Shown: piece by piece, positions 11,640 to 25,900 of the stretch | Layout: each line of letters starts with the position of its first letter | Numbering within the stretch: the stretch's first letter is position 1 | NCBI RefSeq assembly: GCF_036365525.1 | Contig: NC_090393.1 | Span: 31,747,163 to 31,811,162, forward strand | Length of the DNA stretch: 64,000 nt | Reading direction: 5' to 3' | Source: Heterodontus francisci | Lineage: Eukaryota | Notes under the pieces: generated by a model | Database searches by the model: none | Told to the model about the DNA's origin: nothing | What the model saw: only the letters and a program-made list of their open reading frames with translations | Translations under genes and position numbers: made by a program

Positions 11640-12830
11640 ATATATAAAAATCAAAAAAATAAAAAAAGCAGTGGTGCTTGCACTGAACCTTGGGTAAACC
11701 ATTGTCTACCATCCTCCTGTCTGAAAAAGAAACATTTACCACGACTTGCTGTTTTCTGTATTTAAGTCAATTTTTTTTTTCAATTGGACACTCCTATTCC
11801 ATGAGCCTCAATTTTGCTACCAATCTTTTATGTGGTACCTTATCAAATACTTTCTTAAAATCCACATACACAACATCCAGTGATGTCCCCTCATCAAGCT
11901 TCATTACTGTTACTTCATCATAAAATTCAATTAGTCAAGCACCATCTGCCTTTTATAAATCGTGCTGGCTCTCCTTAATTAACTCAAACCTCTCCAAGTG
12001 CCGTTGATTTTTTTTTTCCCTGATTGTTTCTAAAACATTACCCACCACTGATGTTAAACTGACTGGCCTGTAGTTACTAGGAATATCCTTATGCCCTTTC
12101 TCAAATGAGGGTGTCACATTTGCCACTTTCCAATCCTCTGGCACCTCTCCGTATTTAGAGAAGGTTGAAAGATTATGGCAAGTCCTTCCACTATCTCCAC
12201 CTCCATTTCCTTTAGCAACCTGGGATGCAAGCCATCCAGACCGGGCAACTTATCCACTCTAAGCATAGCCAACCTTTCCAGTGCATCTGCCTATCAATTT
12301 TCACCCCATCCATTACCTCTACCATCTCTGCTTCAACTAATATTTTGTCAGCATCCTCTTCCTTAGGTAACACCAATACAAAGTACTCATTAAATATTCT
12401 AGTCTTGCCCTGCACCTTGAAGCATGCATCACCCGGGGCGGCACAGTGGTTAGCACCGCAGCCTCACAGCTCCAGGGACCCGGGTTCGATTCTGGGTACT
12501 GCCTGTGTGGAGTTTGCAAGTTCTCCCTGTGTCTGCGTGGGTTTTCTCCGGGTGCTCCGGTTTCCTCCCACAAGCCAAAAGACTTGCAGGTTGATAGGTA
12601 AATTGGCCATTATAAATTGTCACTAGTATAGGTAGGTGGTAGGGAAATATAGGGACAGGTGGGGATGGTTGGTAGGAATATGGGATTAGTGTAGGATTAG
12701 TATAAATGGGTGGTTGATAGTCGGCACAGACTCGGTGGGCCGAAGGGCCTGTTTCAGTGCTGTATTTCTAATCTAATCACCCACTTTGTCCCTAATAGGC
12801 CCCACCCCACCTCTTGTATCCAGTTTAATA
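11640..12830 (-). mobile_element. Degenerate CR1 fragment, interrupted by a SINE
   Basis: PEDWKVANVTPSFEKG..NYRPVSLTSVVG. Confidence 0.8.
12435..12775 (+). mobile_element. Full-length V-SINE (HE1-like)
   Basis: A/B boxes (GGTTCGATTC), V-domain, CR1-like tail; TSD ATCACCC at 12428-12434 and 12776-12782. Confidence 0.9.
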
Positions 12831-12939
12831 TATGATCAATAGATTAGTAAAATATTGTTACACAACATTGTTACAATGGAGTCCATTTATTGTGAATTCT
12901 GGAACAGTGAACATTTTATAATTTGAAAAACTGTCAGTG

Positions 12940-13303
12940 CACAGCAGTGGTACAGTGGTTATGTTACTGGACTAATGATCTGGAGATGAACTCAAATCCC
13001 ACCACAGTAGCTGGAGAAGTTAAATCTAATTAATTGAATCTGCAATATAAAGCTAGTATCAGTAACCGTGACTATGAAACTACCAGACTGTTGTAAAAAC
13101 CCATCTGGTTTGCTGCAGTCCTTTAGGGAAAGACATCTGCCATCTCCACACTTAATCTAACTTATATGTGACTGCCCTCTGTAGCCTAGCAAGCCACTCA
13201 GTTGTATACAACAGCTTACCACCACCTTCTCAAGGACAATTACGGTTGGGTAATAAGTGCCTGTTTTGCCAGAGAGACACAAATGCTCTGAATGAATAAA
13301 AAA
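12940..13303 (+). mobile_element. tRNA-derived SINE sharing its tail with the 44100-46900 LINE family
   Basis: Homologous to 39187-39565; ends TGAATGAATAAAAAA. Confidence 0.75.
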
Positions 13304-13585
13304 TATGTTTGGAATACTTCTATTATAATTAAATGACTTCCCAGTTATACTGAAAAATCAATCCTAAACCACTGGTGAAGCTGTGCAGTGACTAGAAAAA
13401 CAAAAACTGATGCCTCTAATTATAAAGCAGCTAATCTTCATTTGTGGACTACTGGAATCCCCTAATTATACATTCTAAAAGTATTCATGCTAATTCTGGT
13501 ACCAAAAGGTCCCACCCCGTGTCCAACTCTTTAGCCAATAAGTTGCACTTTGTCAGCTAACACAGTGGTGTCAATACTCCATTAC

Positions 13586-13591
13586 TTTATT
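13586..13591 (-). promoter_or_regulatory. Candidate ANAPC5 polyadenylation signal AATAAA
   Basis: AATAAA on the minus strand about 150 nt downstream of the stop codon. Confidence 0.55.
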
Positions 13592-13737
13592 TAAAAACTT
13601 CAAATTGATATTTTCCAGTTTCAAAATCAAATCAAGAATACTTCATCAGTTAGCTTCTGCTGTATGATGCTTAATATTAAGGTTTATGGCAAAAGGGTTG
13701 CTTCGTATTAAGTTGTTGTATTAAAATGCATCATGTG

Positions 13738-13943
13738 CTATGAAAGAAGAGGCACTCCATAGGTTGGCAGCTCCTGCTGTAGCTGGCGGAACATCATGGC
13801 ACATTTATTTCTTTCTTTTGTCTTCCCTAGAGTGTTGAACAGCCTTGTCTGTAAGTAAAGGACTTCTCTGATCCGCTCACTGCAGTCTGCCTTTTCAAAA
13901 TATATCTTGGCTTCATTCAGATTTTCAATTGCTGAATCTAAAG
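13738..13943 (-). CDS. ANAPC5: ANAPC5 exon 17 coding part (206 nt including stop)
   Basis: ALDSAIENLNEAKIYFEKADCSERIREVLYLQTRLFNTLGKTKERNKCAMMFRQLQQELPTYGVPLLS-TAG. Confidence 0.95.
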
Positions 13944-16900
13944 CTTAAGAAACAAAGTTAGATTTTAGGAAACGTAACAAGCAACATCACTGGAAAGTCC
14001 AACAGCCATTATCAGCATAGTATTTATAATGAGCACATTTTAGTAATCCTCACAAAGATTAATTTAAGTATTAGAAATGGTGAAATATTGGTTTTAACAT
14101 TTTGATTAACTTCCTGGGATTTAAAGGATCTTTAAAGATATAATATAAAGCCTCCAACAATCTTTTAAATTCAAAGATTATTGTAAACTCAATTTGCCAC
14201 CTTCTTTAATATTACTAGATTCCTGAGCAGTAGAGTATTAAATTTACATAGCCAGAGGTCTCACAAAGAAAGAGGGAAAAAAAGGAACCTTTTCTTGACC
14301 TCTGGACATCTCAAAGCACTTTACAGCCAATGAAATACTTTAAAAAGAATAGTCACTGTTGTAATGCAAGGTAAAATGGCAGCCAATCGGCACAAAGCGA
14401 GATTCCGTACCAATGAAATGAATTATCAGATTATCTGTTTTATTGATGTTGGTTGGGATTCAGAGAACTCCCCTGCTTTTCAAGTAATGTCACAGCATCT
14501 TTTACATCCACCTGAGAGGACAGATGGGGCCTCAGTTTCAAGTATCATCTGACAGGGTTGATGAGGGGAATGCTGTTGACATGGTGCACATGGACTTTCA
14601 AAAGGCATTTGATACAGTGCTAACAGACTTGTGAGAAAATTTGTAGCTCATGGAATAAAAGGGATGGTAGCAATATGGGTACCAAATTGGCTGAGTGACA
14701 GGAAAGAGAGTAGTGGTTAATTGATGTTTTTCAGGCTGGAGGAAGGTATGTAGTGGAGCTCCCTGGGATCAGTGTTGGGACCCTTGCTTTTCCTGATATA
14801 CATTAATGACCTAGACCTTGGTATACAGGACACAATTTCAAAGTTTGCAGATGATATGAAACTTGGAAGCATTGTGAACTGTGAGGAGGATAGTGTAGAA
14901 CTTCAAAAGGACATGGACAAGTTGGTGGGATGTGCAGACAGGTAGCAGATGAAGTTCAATGCAGAGAAATGTGAAGTGATTCATTCTGATAGGAAGAACA
15001 TGGAGAGACAATATAGAATAAAGGGTATAATTCTAAAGGGGGTGCAAGAGCAGAGGGACATATACACCTACATGCATAAGTCATTGAAGGTGGCATGACA
15101 GGTTGAGAGAGTGGTTGATAAAGCATACAGTATCCTGGGCTTTATTAATAGGGTCAGAGAGCACAAGAGCAAGGAAGTTATGTTGAACTTGTATAAGACA
15201 CTAGTTCGGCCTCAGCTGGAGTAGTGTGTTCAATTCTGGGCGCTGCACTTGAGGAAAGAAGTGAGGGCATTGATAAGAGTACAGAAAAGATTCAATAGAA
15301 TGGTTCCAGGGATGAGGAACCTCAGTTATGATGATATATTGGAGAAGTTAGGACTGTTTTCCTTGGAGAAGAGAAGGCTGAGAGGTGATTCGATAGAGGT
15401 ATTCAAAATCAGGAGGGGTCTGGACAGAGTAGATAGAGAGAAACTGTTCCCACTCGTGAAAGGATAGAGAACGAGAGGGCGCAGATTTAAAGTATTTGGT
15501 AAGAGAAGCAAAAGTGGCATGAGGAAAAACTTTTTCATGCAGCGAGTGGTTAAGGTCTGAAATGCGCTGCCTGAGAATGTAGTGGAGGCAGGTTCAATTG
15601 AAGCAATCAAAAGAGAATTAGACAGTTATATGAAAAGGAAGAATGTGCAGAATGGGGAGAAGGTAGGGGAACGGAACTGAGGGAGTTGTTCTTTCAGAGA
15701 GCCGGTGCAGCCACAATGGGCCGAATGGCCTCTTTTGCGCTGTAACAATTCTGTGATTCTGTGAAATATGACATCTCAGTATTGCAAAGGAGTATCAGCT
15801 GAAATTATGTGGTCATATTTTTGAGTGGGGCTTGAGCCCATAACCTGACATAACGGTGAGAGTTCTATTACTGAGCCAAATCTTACAGAAACTTAGTCTG
15901 TACATGTACTGCACTGAAAATTCCAATTCGCAGAGATATTTCATGAGTTTAAAACCCATGGGAAAGGAGAACTTTCAAGTTCTACCATAAAATGCATTTT
16001 CTGAAAGAGTTCACCGATAAATACAAAAAGCAGTAGAAACTTTCTGATGTTTGAGTCATATTAATGCCAGAGAGAAAAGCAATTTAAAGGAAAAGGTCAA
16101 AAATATAACACAGAATTTGAAACATCAGCTAGGAAGGTGAGAATGTGGAACCCCCTACCACAGGGAGTAATTGAGGCAAAGAATATAGATGCCTATAAAG
16201 GGAACCTAGATAAGCATATGGAGAAGAGGAGAATAGAGGGTTTTGCTAATGGAACTAGATAAGGAAAAACGGGACGACGCTCAAGTGGAACATCAATGTC
16301 AGCATACACTGATTGAACTGAATGGCCCATTTCTGTACTGTATATTCTATGTAATTCTATGTTAAGCCTTCAGAGACTAGTTGTTCGTAGACATCCAAAA
16401 GGAATATTATAGCCAAGGACTTTTGAGGAAGGCTGGGAAGCGAGAGAAGACTTTGACTTATTACAGAGATAATTATATAAGCAAAGAGCAATATGTTATG
16501 GTCAAGGGGGGGCAGTGCAATTGTGTATTTAGAGACATATAAAATGTGAAGAGTTTAAATCTGTAAATTGAGATAAGCGATCAGACCTCTTCACCCAAAA
16601 ACTGTTTTCCAGATGTCAAATGTTTTACTTTTGTGGTTAATCTTTGTGTTTAGACACCAAACCAGTCCCTTCACTGACATTAGACAGCTACAAGTATTGC
16701 ACAGAACAGAAGATTTATTACATATTTAAAGTTCTACACCTGAAACAATTAATTGTCAAATGGATTGAGGAAATTTAGTTCTTTAAAAAAAAAGCTTAAA
16801 AACAAATATTGAGCTTCCAAATGGAACAGTGAATTTAAAACAAAATACTCAGCAGGTCAGGCAGTATCTGTGGAGCGAAAAACAGAGTTCACATTTCAGA

Positions 16901-19900
16901 TCTGTGAGACCTTTTGGAACAGTGAATTTATTTGGTAGCCCACACAGATGAGAAGATCCCAGATTTGATCTCTGGTCCTTGAATTAGCTGATCTCCACTA
17001 TAAGGCAGCAAAATGGATTAGAAGAAGTGAGGGTGGGGGGTAAAAAAAAAAAGAGTGGAAAAGCTGTAGCTTCTGTTCCTCATTAATATTGAGAAACCCT
17101 TGCTAAAAGTATGCAAGCGAGGATAAGATCACACCCTCCCATCATGGCCAAATAGCCTTTTAACACTCAATCAAGGTTCACACATGAATAGAATCATAGA
17201 ATGGTTACAGCATGGGAGGAGGCTATTTGGCCAGTCATGTTCATGCTGGCTCTCTGCAAGAACAACTCTGTTAGTCCCACTCACCTGCCTTTTCCCTGTA
17301 GCCCTACAAGTATTTTCTCTTCAGGTGCTTATCGAATTTCCTTTTGCAAGTCATGATTAAATCTGCCTCCATCACACTCTCAGGCAGTGCATTCCAGATC
17401 CTAACCACTCAATGCATAAAAAAAATTTTTCATCATGTCACCTATGATTCTTTTGCCAATCACTTTAAATCGGTGTCCTCTGGTTCTTGACCGTTTCGCA
17501 GATGGGTACAGTTTATCTACTCTGTCCAGACCCGTCATGATTTTGAACACCTCTATCAAATCTCCTCTCAACCTTCTCTTCTATAAAAAGAGAAACAACC
17601 CTATCTTCTCCAATCTTCTCTGCGTAACTGAAGTCCCTCATCCCTGGAATCATTCTCATCAATCCTTTCTGCACCCTCTCTCAATCCTTGGCATCATTCC
17701 TAAAGCGTGGTGCCCAGAATTAAACACAATACACCAGCTGAAGCCTAACCAGCGTTTTACAAAGGTTCATCATAAACTTCTTTGCTTTTAACCTGCCCTG
17801 CCACCTTCAACAAATATGTGCACATATACCCCCAGGTCTCTCTGTTCCTGCAACTCCTTTAGAATTGTGCCCTTTATTTTATTTTGCCTCTCTTCATTCT
17901 TCCTACCAAGTGCAATTTTCACACTTCTCTGGATCAAATTTCATCTGCCACGTAGCTGCCAATTTCACCAGCCTGTCTAATGTCGTCTAGAAGACTATCA
18001 TTATGACCATGACTGAAATACCGGGAGGGGGTTCAAGACTACGGGAAGTTAGAGAAGACCAATATTACAGCGGATAATGGAAATACAATCTTTACGAGAA
18101 ACACATTTGACTCGCAGTACACTGGAATGTGTGATAAAACAGCCTACTAGTCATGTTCTAGGTAAGGTGCTGTATGATTTAAAATATGCTGTGCCAACTA
18201 ATATTAAAGTGGGTTGTCTATTCACTGAATGTAAAAAAAAAACACTTATCGGAGAAATCTTCCATTTTTAAAAAGTGATAACCTGAGGAACTTGAAATTT
18301 CCTCTAATTACAGATCTTAATAACAAGTATATACAGTTGGACCTAATGGATTCTTAGCAAGATCTGAGAAAACTCACTCAGACAGTTTGTAAGCGTTACT
18401 GCAATCCATGCAGAAGTATACAGTGCAAATAAAAAAATTAAAAAAATTACCCTCAGCTTTTTCTTGAGTAGGGCAAGAGGCTGCAGAAGCAACTTGACAT
18501 TTTGCCAACAGCAGCATAGCACGCCCTCGGTCCAAGACTGTTCCATTAGCCAGAATGGATTCTATAGCCATATGCAGGACATTCAAAGCTTGTTCTGGAA
18601 TTCCAAGCAGCAGCTAGTAAAAAGATATAATTTGGTTGAGTTTTCTAAAGTGGAAGAAAAATGTTACAGCAAGAACTATTAGAAGTATAGCATCTGGCAT
18701 GCACTTCCTGTTTGTTGCACTCATTTCCTGTGTCGCAATATATACACTTACCTTTCAGTTCTCCTGATGCTCGGTGAAACTGCAGTTAAATTTAAGTTCT
18801 GTCTTCATTTTTACTTCCTAAGACAGTCAAGTAAGTTTATTTTATTATTCTATTTTGTTTCATTTTCCTCCTTCATCAAGCTTATTTTATATGTAAGTTA
18901 TTTAACATTTATTTTCTGCCATAGACCTCTTTTAGCCTACCATCCCAGAATCAGCTTTAAAAATATATATTTTAATCCCAAGCTAACTTTCCTACCAACT
19001 ATCTAAAAAGCAAGGGACAGATTTTCAGTTTCTGAATGCCTTACAAATTTGCTTCTCAAGTCTGCTGCTTCCTATTTAGCAGAACTGCCCTGAACATACT
19101 TTCTATCCTGGTTCTTCTCATATGTCTTCACCAGGACATCTATTTATTGGCTACAATCTACCCCATCCTTACCCTCTTCTTCTTGTACTGCAACTGTAAA
19201 ACAGTCCTATTTCTCTGGTTCTGCTTGGTTTTGTTGGGAGGGGGAATATTAAAATGAATCCCTATTACTTCCCCTTTGGACTTCTCACTCAGCTCCTGTA
19301 TACACTTGATCTTGACTCCCTGTGTAGAAACATAGGGCATAGTAACAGGAGTAGGCCATTCAGCCCATCGAGCCTGCTCCGCCATTCAATACGAACATGA
19401 CTGATCATCCACTTCAATGCCTTTTTCCCCATGCTATCCTCATATCCCCTTTATGTCATTTGTATTTAGAAATCTGTCAATCTCTGCTTTAGACATACTT
19501 CCACAGCCCTCTGGGGTAGAGAATTCCAAAGATTCACAACCCTCTGAGTAAAGAAATTTCTCCTCATCTCTGTCCTTAGTGGCTTCCCCCTTATTTGGAA
19601 ATTGTGTCCCCTGTTTCCAGACTCCCCAACCAGGGGAAGCATCTTACCTGCATCTACCCTGTCTATCACTTTAGGTATTTTGTAGGTTTCAATCAGATCA
19701 TCTCATTCTTCAAAACTCTAGAGAATACAGACTCAGTTTCCCCAATCTCTCTTCATAGGACAGTCCCACCATCCTGGGAAAAAGTCTGATGAACCTCCAT
19801 TGCGCTCCCTCTATGGCAATAATATCCTTCCTAAGGTAAGGGGCCCAAAACTGCACACAGTACTCCAGGTGCGGTCTAACCAAGGTTCTATACAATTGAA

Positions 19901-22900
19901 GCAAGACTACACTACTCCCGTACTTAAATCCTCTTGTGATAAAGGCCAACATACCATTAGCCTTCTTAATTGCATGCTGCACCTGCATGTTAGCTTTCAG
20001 TGACTTATTGACAAGGACACCCAGGTCCTTTTGTACATCTACACTTTCTAATCTCTTACCAATTAAGAAATACTCCGCACATCTATTCCTCCTACCAAAG
20101 TGGACAACCTCACATTTTTCCACATTCTGCCACATTCTTGCCCACTCACTAAGTCTTTCCAAATCTCCTTGAAGCCGCTTTGCATCTTCCTCACCGCACA
20201 CATTCCCACCTAGTTTTATATCATCTGCAAACTTGGAAACACTACATTTGGTCCCCACATCCAAATCATTGATATATATTGTGAACAGCTGGGGCCCCAA
20301 GTACTGATCCCTGCAGTACCCCCACTAGTCACAGCCTGCCAATGTGAGAATGACCTGTTTATTCCTACTCTCTGCTTTCTGCCTGTTAACCAATCCTTAA
20401 TCCATGCCATTATATTACCTCCTATCCCATGTACTTTAATTTTGCTAACCAACCTCGTGTGGGGGACTTCATCAAAAGCCTTCTGAAAATCCAAGTATAC
20501 CACGTCCACTGACTCCCCTTTATCAATTCTGTTAGTAACATCCTCAAAAAACTCCAACAGGTTCATCAAACACGATTTCCTATTCATAAATCCATGTTGA
20601 TTATGCCCAGATCATTATTATCCAAGTGTCCATTTATCACATCCTTTAGAATAGATTCTAGCATTTTCCCAACGACTGATGTAAGGCTAACAGGTCTGTA
20701 ATTCCCTGTTTTCTCTCTCCCTCCCTTCTTAAATAGTGTACAGTGCCATGGGAATATGAGCTAATATATATTGTTTCCATCTCAACAAACAGGAGTTGAT
20801 CAGAAATTGCTGCCATATTAGTTGCTGGGTCATGTTTAAATTTAAAGCAAAACCAAAATTCAAGTCCATTTAGGAAGATGCAAATCAGTAAAAGGTTGCT
20901 TTCAGGTGCTCCCATTTAGAAAAAAAAAGTGTGTCTTGGAAGAGAAATCATGAAAAAAATACATTAAACCATAAAAATGTGGATAAAACAATGTTAAAGG
21001 AAACAGTCAACTGCTTCTGTAAAAGAAATATTCATTTACATGCACATTAAACATCAAAATATAGATCACTTGCTTCAAACTTTAAAACAATTCCTACTAA
21101 GCAATTAAGTCAGCAATTTTAAATAGAAAAATTGAGTTATGTTACAGCCATCAGTATTAAAAACTAAAAATATTAACAAACTGTCTTCAAAACATTGGTC
21201 AGTAACAAATGTTGAAATGCAGTGCTAATACTGTATAAAATTCTACTTAATAAAATCACGTCTTTTATCGAAGACCAGGGTCTACGTTACAAAGTCTGTT
21301 TTCACTAAAATGGCCAGTCACATCATTGATATCCAGAAAAAATATATTTTTCTCCATTCCTTTCCTTTTTGAATAGGCGTCAGTAAATGATTGGTGGTAT
21401 ATTTTGGATGTTAAAAGAAGCACCTCAAATGTTGTAATGCATAAAGGGTCATTGACCCAAAACATGAACTTTTGTTTATTCCTCCACAGATGCTGCCAGA
21501 CCTGCTGAGTATTTCCAGCATTTTCAGTTTTTATTTCAGATTTCCAGCAACTGTAGCATTTTGCTTTTGTATCAGTCAGTGTTGGTGTTTATTTTTCAGA
21601 CGAGTGTTGGTTTTAAGAGAAAGAATGACTTGCATTTATACAGTGCCTTTCACGACCACCGGACATCTCAAAGCACTTTAAAGCCAATTAAGTACTTTTT
21701 GAAGCATAGTCATTGTTGTAATGCAGGAAACATGGCAGCCAGATTATGCACAGCAAACTCCCACAAACAGCAATGTGATATAATGAGCAGATAATCTGTT
21801 TCTGTGATGTTAATCGAGGGATAAATATTGGCCAGGACACTAGGGATATCGCCTCTGCACTTTTTCAAAATAATGCTATGGGATCTTTTGCATCCACCCA
21901 AGCAAGCAGATAGGGCCTCGGTTTAATGTCTCATCCGAAAGACGCCACCTCCAACAGTGCAGCGTTTCCTCAGTACTGCAGTCAGCCTTGATTTTTGTGC
22001 TCAAGCCCTGGAGTGGGACTTGAACCTGGAACCTTGTGACTCAGAGGAGAGAGTGCTAACAACTGAGCCACAGCTGACACTAATCCCATGTGCCTGCAGT
22101 ATCCCCATATCCCTTTATTTTTCTTTCGTTCCCTTTCCTTCAACCATCTTTCTAACCGAAACTTAAATGATTACATTATGTCCCTGCTTCAAATCATTTC
22201 ACAACCTCAAGTCTCTGTATTTAAAAAAAAAAGTTTCATCTCACTTTTCTAGGTCTTTTGCATTTAATCTTATATTTATGTCCTTTTGTCCTAGGTCCTC
22301 TGACCAACTGGAAGCAGTCTGTTTTGATCTATTCTGCTTTATCTCTTCATAATTTTAAACACCACCATCAAATCACCCCATAATTTCCTCTGTTCCAACA
22401 TAAATAGTACAAATTTTCCAAGTCTTTGTGTTTGTATCTTCTTCTACCAGGCAGCATCCTGGTGAATCAGTACCGTAAGTGCCCTGTTGCCGCAGCATCC
22501 TTCCTGCAGTGTGGAACACTGAACAACTGTGGTCTCACTAAGATTTTCCATACAGATTCACCATTACAGCTTAACTTTTATCATCTACATCAAATCAATA
22601 GTTAATTCATGGCCTTATCTATTTGAGGTGCAAAAGCAAAATACTACAGATGCTGGAAATCAGAAACAAAAACAGAAAATGCTGGAAATACTAAAGGTCA
22701 GGCAGCATCTGTGGAGAGAAAAACAGAGTTAACATTTCAGGGCTGTGTGAGCTTTCACCAGAACTGGACATCAACCTGAAACATTAACTCTGTTTCTCCC
22801 TCCACAGATGCTGCGAGACCTGCCAAGTATTTTCAGCACTTTCTGTTTTAATATCAACACAGACTGTTTGGACTGAAGACCCTGTTTATGTGTTGTAATT

Positions 22901-25900
22901 TGTATGTTGATGCACTCCTCTAGCATTGTGGTATTTAAATGGCATCTCTTCCTTTCCAAATTTAGTCTTGTTCCCACTAGACATTTTAATCTCTTCTCCC
23001 TGTAACTGATATTTAAATGTGGAAGCTTGGACTGAAATTCAGTAAGAAAATTTTTGAAATCACAGCACTGTATGAGCGAAGCAGAGCAACAGCGCACAGG
23101 AACTGCTGGTATAGTGGTAGGTTCCTATGACTATGGTGCTATTGGCTCTGCTGTAATTGGCAAAATTGCTTCAATGGGAGGGAATCGGGATGGAAGAAAT
23201 GGTCCTTATAGAGGTCTTCCCTACTTTTAGACCCAAGCAGGGACATACATTTCTTAACTCATACTGGAGTATATACAGTAAGCTTTGCAATTGGTTACAT
23301 TAACATTCGTAGCATAGCTCACCTGTGAAAACGCCAAATGTAAGATGGCTTCCGAGGTTAGATACTCCAAGTGATATTCACGGCTTAGAGCCAATGCTTT
23401 TAGGAGTAAAGGAACTGCCACTGCATGACATGAGGAACGCCAGAAAAGCTCAGCCTCCAAAATAAGAATTCTAAAAATAAATATTTAATAACACATTAGC
23501 AAAGTTTTATTTTTGGATTTTCTTTCCAGATGAAAATGATAATTTTAAGTTTTCCTTCTTTTTCAAATAGATCTCAGCTGAGTGACAGGCAACAAGCTTT
23601 CAGGCTTCTGAAAATGATGCGAGAAGTTGGTCGCTAGGATGTGCTTTTACATCTAAACTGCAGCCTACTTATTTCACCTCAATCTCTATACAAAGCACTT
23701 GACCTGCAGTACATTTGATTACCACCACATTGTGTCATCTTTATCTTAAATGTTGCCCTTCTTTGACTTGTGCTATGGGATTGCCTTTCAGGTTACTTTA
23801 TGTCTTATTTCACTTCTGCTTTTGTCAATATCCCTCAGCACTAGTCAACTCAAAAGGCAAGCAAGCAATTTGCCATAGCACTCTAATTTGATTAATGAGA
23901 GAATCTGGCCTTAGCATCTCCCAAAATCGTGATGTAGTACATACTACTGCGACAGAGCTAGAAAACTGGAGAAATCAGTTATAAAAACAGTAAGTGCTGA
24001 AAATACTCAGCAGATCTGACAGCATCAATGCAGAGAGAGAACAAAGTTAATGTTAGAGGTCTATGACCTTTCATCAGCCACATGGTTTATCCATCCCTTA
24101 TGACAAAGGCTTACCAAGTGATTCTGATTCTATATATTATCCTCAGAGTAACTGATCGTAACTATGAATATGGAAAAGTTGTGCTGGAGTATATTTAAGA
24201 TTAATTTTGTGGGAATGAAAAGTCACACTACCTGAGTACCTGGAGGTCCTGGGCTGTCTGTGAGACCAACACACAATAAGTTAAAATAGCTTTCTGCTGA
24301 GCACGGGTTTAAGGCAAACGTATCTCCACAGATCAGAAGGCTGACCTGTGTGTCTACCAGGTTGGGAATCAGAACACTTGTGTTTACGGTAATAAATCAT
24401 CAGAAGAGTTTGAGAGGACAATATAACCACTATAATAAAATTATTAGAAGAGGTTGAGAAGATTTAAGTGCCTGTTTGTTGGGTTCATGTTATTCTGATG
24501 TCACTTGATGTCATCTTTGATGCATGCTGCCACAAAATCATAGTACATGAAATGTAGAAGTCAAAAGGTAGAATTAGTATAAGAACTGTGAGTGGAGACT
24601 TTGTATGTTGTACTCATACTAGAATTATGAAGTGTGAATGTTGGATTGTGAGGTATGATACTAGATTGTGAGGCATGATATCTCAATAAAGACCTGAGCA
24701 CACATACTGGATTGTGAGGTATGATGTCTTAATAAAGACCTGATTCTGCATTGCTACAACTGAACGTGTGTATGTTCTGGTGTTTAAAGTAAGTAAATGG
24801 ATTAGAAGAAGAATCCAAAAGATTTCAGGAAATTCTTCTTGTCACAAAGACTGATCAACACATGGAATGGACTTCAAGGTAGAGTAGTCAAGGCAAAAAA
24901 TGCTGGAATCATTTAGGAAACAAATCAGATCCTACAACGGGGAACATTCCGAATGCAAGAACTAAGATAGGCCAAATGGCCTTCTTCATCCATAATTATC
25001 TGTAATCAGCGACATCTATAGCAAAGTCCTGATCAATTTTAGCCAGACTAGCAATTGCCAGGGCTCAAATGTTTAATGCAGTGAAAAACCAAACCATACA
25101 AATGCCCCATCACACACCTTCCCTATTGTTCTCTTCCCCCCCCCACCCCTGCTTCACTTGCTTAAAACCTATTACATTTCTAACTTTTGCCAGTTCTGAT
25201 GAAAGGTCCCAGACCTGAAACGTTAACGCTGCTTCTCTCCCCACAGATGCTGCCTGACCCGCTGCATATTTCCAGCACCTTCTGTTTTTTATTTCAGTAT
25301 TCAGCTGCTTTTCATGTTTGGTGCTAGTTTGTGTGCCTGTAACCCTTCGTAAATTGTGCATTAACAACTACTATCTTCCATATCAGATTTATATTTGTTT
25401 TATTAGTCAGTTTGATGTGTATCAGAATTTTGTGTTCAACTTAGATTTAGATTTAGAGATACAGCACTGAAACAGGCCCTTCGGCCCACCGAGTCTGTGC
25501 CGACCATCAACCACCCATTTATACTAATCCTACAGTAATCCTGCAGAGTCTCATCGACAGGTTTGCGTCTGCCTGCAATGAATTTGGCCTAACCATCAGC
25601 CTCAAGAAAACGAACATCATGGGGCAGGATGTCAGAAATGCTCCATCCATCAATATTGGCGACCACGCTCTGGAAGTGGTTCAAGAGTTCACCTACCTAG
25701 GCTCAACTATCACCAGTAACCTGTCTCTAGATGCAGAAATCAACAAGCGCATGGGTAAGGCTTCCACTGCTATGTCCAGACTGGCCAAGAGAGTGTGGGA
25801 AAATGGCGCACTGACACGGAACACAAAAGTCCGAGTGTATCAGGCCTGTGTCCTCAGTACCTTGCTCTACGGCAGCGAGGCCTGGACAACGTATGCCAGC

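Noticed and set aside
12435-12500. tRNA-like sequences (also at 6274, 39187, 52179)
   Set aside because: They are SINE heads continuous with SINE bodies and tails, with no complete cloverleaf.
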